A DNA stretch of 64,000 nt. Source: Candidatus Bathyarchaeota archaeon (GTDB taxonomy: Archaea > Thermoproteota > Bathyarchaeia > TCS64). Below the pieces are notes generated by a model that made no database searches, was not told the origin of the DNA, and worked only from the letters and a program-made list of their open reading frames with translations. Position numbers and translations under genes: made by a program. Below, one piece after another: positions 40,743-49,970 of this stretch. Each line of letters begins with the position of its first letter. The first letter of the stretch is position 1. Where the stretch lies: contig CAVYVF010000007.1 of the NCBI GenBank assembly GCA_963771885.1, positions 1 to 64,000 on the forward strand, given 5' to 3'.

Positions 40743-42668
40743 CTACGCGAGGGTGTAGGTGTCGAGGTTCTCCGGCGCGATGCCGTAGATGCCCCTCTGC
40801 TTGGCTATGACGCGTGAGAGGTTCTCGCATTTCGACTCCTCGCCGTGTATGACGAAGACGCGCTTCGGCTGTGGGTGGAGACGGCGGACATAGTTGACTA
40901 GTTGGCGCCAGTCGCTGTGGCCGCTGAAGCCCTCGACGGTATAGTTCTTCATGGCGACGTTTATGATCTCCATCTTACCGTTCTGCCCATACATCTGGGC
41001 TGAACCCATGCCTGACTGGACACGCTGACCCATTGTGCCGGCGACCTGGTAGCTTACGAAGCAGAGGGCGTTATTCTCGTCCGGAGCGAGGCGCTTGAAG
41101 TAGTCTATAACGGGGCCACCCTCCATCATGCCTGCTGTTGCCATAATGATGGCTGGTCCCCCATTCACTATCTCATCTCTTTTGTCCTGCTGCTTGACGA
41201 CGGTGAAGTAGTCGCTCTCGAAGGGATTGATGCCATCACGGAGTATCTGGTCCCTTATGTCGTTGCTAAGGTACTGGGGGTAGGCAGTGTGGATGCCGGT
41301 GACCTCGCTGATCATGCCCTCGATGTAGACGGGTGCCTCCGTCATCTTGCCCTCCTTCATGTACTTGTTTATGACCATCATGATCTCCTGCGCGCGCCCC
41401 ACTGCGGGGACGGGGATCAGGAGCTTGCCCTTAGAGAGCGTCTTATTCGCTATCTCGACGAAAGATGCCTCCGTCTGCTCGCGGTCGGGCGTGGTGTCGT
41501 CGAGGCCACCGTAAGTGCTCTCCATGATGAGTGTCTCGACGCGTGGGAACTGGATTGAAGCTGGTTGCAGTAGCTGAGTTGGGCCGTACTTGAAATCGCC
41601 CGTATAGACGACGTTGTGGAGCCCCTTGCCTATGTGGAGGTGGGCTTGGGCTGAGCCGAGTATGTGCCCCGCGTTGTGCAGCGTGAGGCGAATGTCCGGA
41701 CTGATGTCAGTGACCTCGCCGTAGCCGAGGGGTATCGTTCTCATGATCACCTCGCGAACCTCTTCGTTACTGTATGGGAGGAAGCGCCCCTCCTTCCCGG
41801 TGACGTCGAGGTAGTCACTCTGCAGGAGCACCATTAGGCTGGCGGTTGGCTCGGAGCAGTAGATTGGCCCCTCGTAGCCGTACTTGTAGAGGTAGGGGAG
41901 GAAGCCGCAGTGGTCTAGGTGGGCATGTGTGATGACGACGGCGTCGAGCTTGCTGATGTCGAACTCCTCCGTGTCGATACGGGGGTATGCGCCGATGGGG
42001 TTGGATGTGCCCGGGTTGATTCCGCAGTCCATGAGGATGCGGCTTTCCCTCGTCCTGATGAGCACAGCCGATCTGCCAACTTGCCTGGCTGCGCCGAGAA
42101 AGGTGACCCTGACATCCCCGCTCTGCTGGTACATGGGGCGGTAGATCGCCTCGCCAGTCTCGCGGAGGAAACGCTCACGCTCCTTACTCTTGCCGTAGAT
42201 GTAGCCCCTTACCATCTTGATTGTCATGCTGGGGATCGGCGGTGAGCGCACAACGTTCGGGCTCCAGCGGGTCTTCTTAACGATCTCAAGCAGATTCTGC
42301 CCGTTCTTACCTATGGCGACGCCAGGTTTCTCCACCTCGAGCGTTACCTCTCCAAGGCTCGGGTCGAAGTTGCTCTGCACGAGCCCCGCCTCGGCGAGGA
42401 TCTCCTTGACCATTCTCTCCGCCTCCAGTTCATTGACGCGGACGGAAGGGTCGCTGCGCACGACAATACGCTTCTTGATTATGCTCGCGATCTCGCCTAC
42501 TATATGGCTTTGCTCGACAAGAACCTCGGGCTTCTGCGTATAGATCGCCAGGCGTGGGCCCTCGAATTCGATACGCGTTATGCCGACCTCGGCGGGTATC
42601 TTTTCGAGGATTGTCTTCCTGATCTCTTCGTAGCTAAGTCCTTGGGGCTTCTGCATCCCTGCATCCAA
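40743..42668 (-). CDS. fttA: Beta-CASP ribonuclease aCPSF1 / transcription termination factor FttA
   Basis: Two KH domains, THAHLDH, AGHILGS, ESTYG, FSGHSD, HGE. Confidence 0.95.
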   Translation of the reverse strand: MDAGMQKPQGLSYEEIRKTILEKIPAEVGITRIEFEGPRLAIYTQKPEVLVEQSHIVGEIASIIKKRIVVRSDPSVRVNELEAERMVKEILAEAGLVQSNFDPSLGEVTLEVEKPGVAIGKNGQNLLEIVKKTRWSPNVVRSPPIPSMTIKMVRGYIYGKSKERERFLRETGEAIYRPMYQQSGDVRVTFLGAARQVGRSAVLIRTRESRILMDCGINPGTSNPIGAYPRIDTEEFDISKLDAVVITHAHLDHCGFLPYLYKYGYEGPIYCSEPTASLMVLLQSDYLDVTGKEGRFLPYSNEEVREVIMRTIPLGYGEVTDISPDIRLTLHNAGHILGSAQAHLHIGKGLHNVVYTGDFKYGPTQLLQPASIQFPRVETLIMESTYGGLDDTTPDREQTEASFVEIANKTLSKGKLLIPVPAVGRAQEIMMVINKYMKEGKMTEAPVYIEGMISEVTGIHTAYPQYLSNDIRDQILRDGINPFESDYFTVVKQQDKRDEIVNGGPAIIMATAGMMEGGPVIDYFKRLAPDENNALCFVSYQVAGTMGQRVQSGMGSAQMYGQNGKMEIINVAMKNYTVEGFSGHSDWRQLVNYVRRLHPQPKRVFVIHGEESKCENLSRVIAKQRGIYGIAPENLDTYTLA

Positions 42669-43301
42669 CTATGCCTTTAGTAACGCTTCCTTCTCGGAGG
42701 GTGAGAGTTCACGGAAACCCTTCTTGTCTATGACGGCGACGTCGAAGCTGTCGCCGCTGTATGTGTCTCTCTTCATCGCGGAGTCTATCGCCCTCGCGAC
42801 GATGGGGAGCATCTCCTTGACGGTCTTGTCTTCCTTGTAGAGTGCCTCGAGTACGCCGTAGGCGAAGGGGCTGCCTGAGCCGGTGGAGATCATCTTGTCC
42901 TCGAGGAGGCTGCCGAAGGGGTCTAGGTTGAATATGTGTGCGCCGGTGGAGTCGTATCCGCCGACTATCGCCTGCATAGGTAGGGGTGCGCCGGCCTCAC
43001 GGTTCTGGAAGAGGATGCCTGAGACTAGGGTCGCCGCCGACTTGACCGGCATGGGGCGCCCCTTCTCGAGCTCGTAGAGACGTGTGTTGACCTTGAGTAT
43101 CTCGACGACTCTCTGCGCGACGGCTACACCGCCGGCGATGGTCATGGCGAGGTTGCCCGTGATCTGGTAGACCTTCTTCGCGTGCTTGCTCGCGACGTAG
43201 TTGCCAGCCGTTGCTCTCGTGTCTGTGCCTAGTATGACGCCGTCCTTGCAGACGACGCCCACCGTCGTTGTACCTTTGAACGCCTCGATTTCCTTTGACA
43301 T
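42669..43301 (-). CDS. psmB: Proteasome beta subunit
   Basis: Short propeptide then G|TTTVG; GSGS; RD..SG. Confidence 0.96.
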   Translation of the reverse strand: MSKEIEAFKGTTTVGVVCKDGVILGTDTRATAGNYVASKHAKKVYQITGNLAMTIAGGVAVAQRVVEILKVNTRLYELEKGRPMPVKSAATLVSGILFQNREAGAPLPMQAIVGGYDSTGAHIFNLDPFGSLLEDKMISTGSGSPFAYGVLEALYKEDKTVKEMLPIVARAIDSAMKRDTYSGDSFDVAVIDKKGFRELSPSEKEALLKA

Positions 43302-43463
43302 GTTCCTTCCCCTACTAACGCTCTAAAGAGGGTATCCTTAGAAGGAAGACCAATTCTAGATTCTGGGTGTTATTTAAAAACCTTTTCGATTTATTGAAAA
43401 ATGGGTGACCGTAGGGGTTAAAGCCCACGGGCTCCCCCATGCTTTCAGCACCGAGGCCCCCCG

Positions 43464-44537
43464 ATGTCCTCACCCGACCCCCCGAAGGCTATTCCCGTCC
43501 ACAGGATAGACCTGCCGAGGATCGTCCTCGTGGGGAAGGGCGTCTTGTCGAGCCTCAACGGCATATGCAAGGAGCTCGGTTACCGCAAAGCGCTCATCGT
43601 GACGGGTAAGAGCACCTTCAAGGTGGCTGGGGAGAAGGTGCAGTGGATTCTCGCCAATGACGGCATAGCGTCGGGCCGCTCGATAGTCGAGGACGCCCAG
43701 CTTGAGACGGTGGGTCGCGTCATGGAGGACGCGGACAGGGCGAACGTGGATGTCCTCATCGGCGTCGGTGGCGGCAGGAACATAGACGTCGCGAAGCTCG
43801 CCGCCGCGAAAAGGGGGAAGGCCTTCATAAGCGTCCCAACCGTGGCCAGCCACGACGGCATCGCCAGCAGCCTCGCCTCAGTCAAGGGGATGGAGCGCCC
43901 CTACACGGTCAAGGCCGTGTCACCCGTCGCCGTCGTCATGGACAGCGGCATCATCGCCGAGTCGCCTTACAGGTTCACAGCCGCCGGCTGCGGTGACGTG
44001 ATAAGCAAGGTTACCGAGGTTGAGGACTGGAAGCTCGCACACGCCGATAACGGCGACTACTACGGCGCATACGCGGCCAGCCTCGCACTCATGAGCAGCC
44101 AGCTCATCATAGAGGGCGCCGACAGGATAAGAAGAAACACCTCGGAGACCGTTCGTGACCTACTTGAAGCCCTCATCAGTTGTAGCACCTCGATGAGCAT
44201 CGCCGGGAGCAGCCGACCCTGCAGCGGCTCTGCGCACCTCTTCAGCCACGCCCTTGATCTCATCGTCGACAAGCCCGCACTCCATGGGGAGCAGTGCGGC
44301 GTCGGCGCCATAATGATGGCGCGCCTCCACGGCCTCGATTGGGAGCGTATTAGGGAGGCGCTGGAGAAGATCGGCGCCCCCACGACGGCGAAGGTCCTCG
44401 GTATCCGGAAGGAGAAGATCATAGAGGCGCTTGCCATAGCGCAGGACATTCGCCCGGACAGGTACACGATACTCTCCAAAATCAAGCTGGATAAGGCCTC
44501 CGCTGAGGCTTTGGCCCTCGAAACCGGCGTGATCTAG
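43464..44537 (+). CDS. egsA: sn-glycerol-1-phosphate dehydrogenase
   Basis: GGGRNIDVAK, PTVASHDGIAS, SRPCSGSAH.FSH, HGEQCG. Confidence 0.94.
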   Translation: MSSPDPPKAIPVHRIDLPRIVLVGKGVLSSLNGICKELGYRKALIVTGKSTFKVAGEKVQWILANDGIASGRSIVEDAQLETVGRVMEDADRANVDVLIGVGGGRNIDVAKLAAAKRGKAFISVPTVASHDGIASSLASVKGMERPYTVKAVSPVAVVMDSGIIAESPYRFTAAGCGDVISKVTEVEDWKLAHADNGDYYGAYAASLALMSSQLIIEGADRIRRNTSETVRDLLEALISCSTSMSIAGSSRPCSGSAHLFSHALDLIVDKPALHGEQCGVGAIMMARLHGLDWERIREALEKIGAPTTAKVLGIRKEKIIEALAIAQDIRPDRYTILSKIKLDKASAEALALETGVI

Positions 44538-44624
44538 GCGTGGCACAATCAGGCGTGTTTATCACAGAACCAACTACACATTTATATTAACTGAACCCAC
44601 TGAGAAGGTCGAGATCAGCCCCTG

Positions 44625-46802
44625 GTGGACATTTTGAGCAGCGTCCAGTTGAAGGTAGCCGAAGCGAAGCAGCAGAGGGACGTCGGGCGTAGCATCGCCC
44701 GCATGGACTCGGATACGATGAAGACCCTAGGCGTCACCGTAGGCGACGTCGTCGAGGTCGTCGGCAAGAAGTCGACGGCGGCGAAGGCGTGGCCCGCCTA
44801 CCCCGAGGACCAGGGATTAAGCCTCCTCCGCATAGACGGCTTCATCAGGAAAAACTGCAACGTCAGCATAAACGAGTTCGTGCAGGTGAAGAAGGCGGAA
44901 GCCGAGTACGCTGTCGGCATAAAGCTGGCCCCCGTCGACATCAGGATCAGCGTCGACAACGACTTCATCAGATTCGTGAAGGACCGCCTCATCGACCGCC
45001 CAGCTACGAGGGGTGACACGCTGCTCATAATGATGCTGGGACACTCGGTGCCGTTCATGGTCGTCAACACGCGCCCAGCCGGCATCGTAAAGATCAGCCC
45101 AACGACTGAGATCCAGATCCTGAGCGAGCCCGTTCCCGAGATGGAGATGCCGAGCAGGACAACCTACGAGGACATCGGTGGCCTGAACGAAGAGATCCGG
45201 CGAATCCGTGAGATGGTCGAGCTTCCGCTCCGCCACCCCGAGATATTCCAGCGCCTCGGTATCGACCCGCCGAAGGGAGTGCTTCTGCACGGTCCACCCG
45301 GCTGCGGGAAGACGCTCCTCGCCAGGGCGGTCGCCAACGAGTCTGATGCCAACTTCTACGCGATAAACGGCCCAGAGATAATGAGCAAGTTCTACGGCGA
45401 GTCCGAAGGCAGGCTCAGGAAGATGTTCGAGGACGCAGAGAAGAACGCGCCGAGCATACTGTTCATTGATGAGATAGACGCCATCGCCCCGAAGAGGAGC
45501 GACGTCACAGGCGAGGTAGAGAGGCGCGTCGTCGCGCAGCTACTCGCCAGCATGGACGGGCTGAAGAGCAGGGGGCACGTCATAGTCATCGGCGCCACGA
45601 ATAGGCCGGACGCCATAGACGAGGCGCTCCGCCGCCCTGGGCGCTTCGACAGGGAGATCGAAATCGCCACTCCCGGCAGAGAGGGTCGCCTCGAGATTTT
45701 GCAGATACACACACGAGGCATGCCCCTTGCCGAGGACGTCAACCTCACAAAGGTAAGCGAGTTCACACACGGCTACACAGGCGCCGACCTCGAGGCACTC
45801 AGCCGCGAGGCAGCCATGAAGGCGCTCCGCAGGTACCTGCCCAAGATCGACCTCGAGCAGAAGAGGATACCCCACGAGGTCCTAGACCAGATGGTCGTAA
45901 CAACAGAGGACATCATGGGCGCATTCAGAGAGGTCACACCAACAGCGATGCGTGAGGTCTACATCGAGACGCCGAACGTCCGCTGGGACGAGGTCGGCGG
46001 TCTTGAGATCGTCAAGCAGTCGCTCAAGGAGGCGGTCGAGTGGCCGCTGAAGACCCCTGAGCGGTTCACGCGCTTGGGTATACAGCCGCCAAAGGGCATA
46101 CTTCTCCACGGGCCACCGGGCTGCGGTAAGACGCTGCTCGCAAGAGCAGTCGCAACCGAGTCTGAGGCCAACTTCATCAGCATCAGAGGCCCCGAGATAT
46201 TCAGCAAGTGGGTCGGAGAGTCCGAGAAGGCGATCAGGGAGACGTTCCGCAAGGCGCGAATGGCGGCGCCGAGCATCATATTCTTCGACGAGTTCGACGC
46301 CCTCGTCCCCGCGAGGGGCGGAGGTGGCGACAACCGCGTCACCGAGCGCGTCATAAGCCAGCTGCTCACAGAGATAGACGGGCTGATGACCCTGCAGAAT
46401 ATAGTTGTCATCGCGGCGACGAACCGCCCAGACATGATCGACCCCGCCATACTACGCCCCGGCAGGTTCGATAGGCGTGTCTACGTGCCCCCGCCAGACG
46501 GCGAGGCCCGGCTCAGGATACTTCAGATAAAGACGAAGGACATGCCTCTGGAGAAGGTCAAGATTGAGGACCTGGCGAAGAAGATGCAGGGATACAGCGG
46601 CGCCGACATCGACGCCATCTGCCGCGAGGCGGCTATTAATGCCCTACGCAGGGACCCCGATACGCAGAAGGTTCTCGGCACCGACTTCGAGAAGGTCATG
46701 GATGATATAGTTCCCTCGATTACTCCTGAGATGGAGAAGTGGTACCAGGACACGAACAAGCGTATCCGGGACCAGCAGAAGCCTCCCATGGATATCGCAT
46801 AG
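44625..46802 (+). CDS. cdc48: CDC48/VAT AAA+ ATPase
   Basis: N-domain plus two AAA modules (GPPGCGKT twice, RPGRFDR twice). Confidence 0.97.
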   Translation: MDILSSVQLKVAEAKQQRDVGRSIARMDSDTMKTLGVTVGDVVEVVGKKSTAAKAWPAYPEDQGLSLLRIDGFIRKNCNVSINEFVQVKKAEAEYAVGIKLAPVDIRISVDNDFIRFVKDRLIDRPATRGDTLLIMMLGHSVPFMVVNTRPAGIVKISPTTEIQILSEPVPEMEMPSRTTYEDIGGLNEEIRRIREMVELPLRHPEIFQRLGIDPPKGVLLHGPPGCGKTLLARAVANESDANFYAINGPEIMSKFYGESEGRLRKMFEDAEKNAPSILFIDEIDAIAPKRSDVTGEVERRVVAQLLASMDGLKSRGHVIVIGATNRPDAIDEALRRPGRFDREIEIATPGREGRLEILQIHTRGMPLAEDVNLTKVSEFTHGYTGADLEALSREAAMKALRRYLPKIDLEQKRIPHEVLDQMVVTTEDIMGAFREVTPTAMREVYIETPNVRWDEVGGLEIVKQSLKEAVEWPLKTPERFTRLGIQPPKGILLHGPPGCGKTLLARAVATESEANFISIRGPEIFSKWVGESEKAIRETFRKARMAAPSIIFFDEFDALVPARGGGGDNRVTERVISQLLTEIDGLMTLQNIVVIAATNRPDMIDPAILRPGRFDRRVYVPPPDGEARLRILQIKTKDMPLEKVKIEDLAKKMQGYSGADIDAICREAAINALRRDPDTQKVLGTDFEKVMDDIVPSITPEMEKWYQDTNKRIRDQQKPPMDIA

Positions 46803-47022
46803 GTGAACGATTTGGACGCAAAGCTAATTCCCTCAACAGTCGTGGAGGCCCTCGGCAAGAGCGGCGCCATGGAGTTCGACGACCTGCTAAAGCAGGTGCA
46901 GAAGTACCAGAAGAACATAAACGAGAACGAGTTTGGTAAGTCTTCTCATGGATATGGAGATACAGGGCCTCGTCAGGGTCACCAAGATGGCTAAGGGGAA
47001 GCGCAGGATAGAGCTCGTGTAG
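46803..47022 (+). CDS. Small winged-helix protein, frameshift near 46942
   Basis: ...ENEFGK|SLMDMEIQGLVRVTKMAKGKRRIELV*. Confidence 0.7.
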
Positions 47023-47035
47023 GGGGGCACAGGGA

Positions 47036-48078
47036 ATGGGCGTCCAGTTCGGCGACCTCGTCGAGCCCCGCAAGATTTCTCTGGATGAGCTGAAGGGTAG
47101 GTCCGTCGCATTCGACGGTCACAACGTCATCTACCAGTTCTTGGCGATTATCCGTGGTCAGGGTGGGGAGCAGCTCAAAGACGCGCGGGGCAACGTCACC
47201 AGCCACCTCAGCGGCATTCTTTACCGCAACAGCAACCTCATGGAGGCTGGCGTCCGCGTCGTCTACTGTTTCGACGGCAGGCCGCATGAGTTCAAGAGGC
47301 AGACCCTAGAGGCGCGCCACGAGTCAGCGTGTTCAGGCTAGGCAAAAGTTTGAGAAGGCGGTTGAGGAGGGTGACCATGTAGCGGCGCGCCGCTGGGGGC
47401 AGCAGAGTGTCGTCGCCTCAAGCGACACCATCGGCGAAGCAAAGAGGCTTACTCACGCTGATGGGCATCCCCTGGATACAGTCCCCGGGTGAGGGGGAGG
47501 CTCAGGCTGCTCACATGGCGATAAAGGGTAGCGTCTGGGCGGCGAGCAGCCAGGACTTCGACTCCCTGCTCCTCGGCGCTCCACGCCTCGTCAGGAACCT
47601 TAGCATAAGTGGGCGAAGGAAGCTGCCGAAGAAGAACGTCTACATTAAGGTCGAGCCCGAGATCTACGAGTACCAGAAGTTCCTAGCAGAGCTCGGGCTG
47701 ACGCGTGAGCAGCTGATAGATGTAGGTATACTCATAGGCACAGACTACAACCCCGAAGGCATCAAGGGAATAGGTCCGAAGACGGCGATCAAGCTCATCA
47801 AGAAACATGGTAGCCTCGAGGCGCCCTCTCTGAGTTACCAAATGCCGAGTTCCCTCATCCCGTCAGACGAGATCAGGGAGCTCTTCCTCAACCCCCCAGT
47901 CACCGACGACTACAAGCTAGACTGGGGGAAGCCCGACACGGCGGGGATACTCAGCTACCTCTGCGGTGAGCATAACTTCAGCAGGGAGAAGGTGCTTGGG
48001 GCGATTGAGAAGATGGATAAAGGCTTCAAGTCGGCGACAAAAGGCGCCGCGAGACTCGACAAGTGGTTCGGCTTTTAA
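47036..48078 (+). CDS. fen1: Flap endonuclease 1, several frameshifts (~47325, ~47425, probably ~47820-47860)
   Basis: MGV, YQFLAIIR, TSHLSG, FDG, EGEAQAA, SQDFDS, GTDYN.GIKGIGPK, C-terminal LDKWF. Confidence 0.93.
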
Positions 48079-48111
48079 CTCCATTACGCCAAATTAGACC
48101 CGGTCACTTTC

Positions 48112-48245
48112 TTAGAAGAGATAAGGGTCGAGGGGGCGGCGGAGGGCTACGTCGAGGCCCTCCATAGGTACGGTGTGGATTACGTCTTCGCCTCGCCGGG
48201 GACAGAGTTCGTCCGCTCTGGGAGTATCTCGCGAAGTACAATGCG
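48112..48245 (+). pseudogene. 5' fragment of a thiamine-pyrophosphate enzyme (acetolactate synthase/decarboxylase-like)
   Basis: Manual translation EGAAEGYVEALHRYGVDYVFASPGTEFV|PLWEYLAKYNA, then similarity ends abruptly. Confidence 0.7.
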
Positions 48246-48775
48246 CGAATATTGTGGGTAAGAGTCGGGCATACATCGCCAATAGGCTAAGGCTGCTCCA
48301 CATGGACTACTACCAAGCCCAAAGTGTTTTGGCCAAAACACAACCCCCTCCTCGGGCAGCCCTAAAGAACCAGACCACACCAATCACCGAAAAATACCGA
48401 CTAGCAGACCTAATGATAAACTGGAACCTCAGCTTCGAGGAACAGAAAACCGCCACCCAAACAATACGCGCCAACGGGGATACCATCCGGTTCAACCGAA
48501 GCGTCCCCGTCAAAGGCCTCATCACCGATCCAAGGTACCAAGACGCGGATGCGTCCCACCCCGAGAAATACCCGGCGAGAGGCGTGCAACTGTACCCCAT
48601 ATCCGTTTAGGTGGAGGGCGTAGTCCGCTGGGGAGACCTGATGGTGGAGGAGGATCGAAGCCGGGGAGTGGATACGCTTGATGTTGAGATCGTTTTTAGG
48701 ACGGAATGGCTCAGTAGGGAGGCAACCACGCCCGTTGAGACGTGGCTTAATTCTCTGACGGTATTTTTCCGGTGA
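48245..48775 (+). pseudogene. 5'-truncated protein beginning in a ParB/Spo0J-like HTH; in-frame TAG at 48608
   Basis: ANIVGKSRAYIANRLRLL matches the ParB HTH pattern GKSR..V.N.LRLL; frame continues past the TAG to TGA at 48773-48775. Confidence 0.6.
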
Positions 48776-49074
48776 GGTCGGATGCTCAGAGGGCTAGTAG
48801 CCGGATGCTGTGTGAGCTCCTCAGAGGAAGGGAGGGGAGTGCCCGCTGCTGGTAGTTGAGCCCCTCGCCGCCGTGGGCGACGTTGAAACCGCGGAGATGC
48901 CCGCTATAGGCGAACTGCCTCATGCTAAATAATGACGCGTGCACGGATTCCCCGGTAACGTGCACTCGGTTAATTTGCCTGGGTGAATCCTCGGACGGAT
49001 TAGGTTCTCCCGAAGCGGCGCCTTAGCATCTCCCTCCTCAATTTGGTTGGAGGCGTTTTATGTAAAACGTTGAC

Positions 49075-49490
49075 GGCTTTTACCGGCGCCTCGATGCTTG
49101 GCTGGTGCATGGCTCCTATCGGCTCGTGGGGCTGGCTCCTGTAGCTTGGTGTTGGCTGTGTTGTGTGTCGGCGGTAGAGGTGGCTTTAGCTGCTGGTGTG
49201 TTAGGGGGCTGCGGCGGCTGGTGTGGCTTCAACTGGGTAGACAGGGGCTGTGTTGGCTCTTAAGCGGTTGTTTTGGATGCGGCTTTTCTTCGTGGTTGGC
49301 GTGGTGGCTTCGCGGCTGCGTGCTTGGTTAGTTGTTGTAGTGTCCTCTATAGGAGGCTTTGTAGATGGGGAGAAAATTCGCTACTAATTCTGCTAACCTA
49401 AGCCGCGGCGTGCTGCCGTGTGCCGCAGCGAGCCGCACGAGCCACAGCGAGCCGTCAGCGAGTCGCTGCAGCCATTCAGCCGACGAGCCG
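49075..49490. repeat. Bipartite inverted array of GGCT / AGCC tetranucleotides
   Basis: 17 GGCT between 49075 and 49358; AGCC at 49401,49431,49440,49450,49470,49478,49486, plus TGCC/AGTC variants. Confidence 0.8.
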
Positions 49491-49970
49491 AGGAGTTGAG
49501 GTATCTGCCTTGCATCTATACCCCATTCAGCGAATGATGGATTATAATTGATTTATATCTTTTAATTTCACCTACATATTCTCGTCCTGATACGATGCGC
49601 GTGCCCTCGCCCCCGAAAAGCTCAGAGCCTCAAACTTTACGGTCCCCTGATCGACCCAGAGAGACGCGTCAATATATCCACTGAAGGAGTGAATAATCAA
49701 CCACTGAGCTATAGCAGACGCTGCAGCGATCTCTCTCACACGCCTTGATCCATCTTTCCATCTACGAGCAGAACTCCCCCATTTTGGTCAAAGGTCACGC
49801 TACGTATGTGGCGGCTGAGAGTCTCACCTATTTAGGCAACCAGCATCATAATGTGTCAGTATAACTTGTCGAGCTTTGGTTACCAAAATAGAAATCGAAA
49901 AGATTGCGTGGCTTTCAGAAGTGGATGAACTATGACTTCAAAGAACTGTAAAAAAAGATTGCAGTTGTGA

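Noticed and set aside
5246..48078. Programmed frameshifting or true pseudogenes in truD, fen1, amidohydrolase 2 and the GNAT
   Set aside because: These are single-base indels, mostly at short homopolymers and in core genes, with no slippery site plus structure; sequencing error is more parsimonious.
48775..49040. RNase P/SRP-like RNA: GAGGAAG, GAAAC, partial end pairing GATGCT/AGCATC, GTGCACG hairpin
   Set aside because: The P4 consensus (GAGGAAxxUCC...ACAGAA..GGCU) and the SRP helix-8 motif are not satisfied; the pairing is weak for GC-rich DNA.
49075..49490. CRISPR array
   Set aside because: No 24-40 bp identical repeats with unique spacers, and no cas genes in the window.
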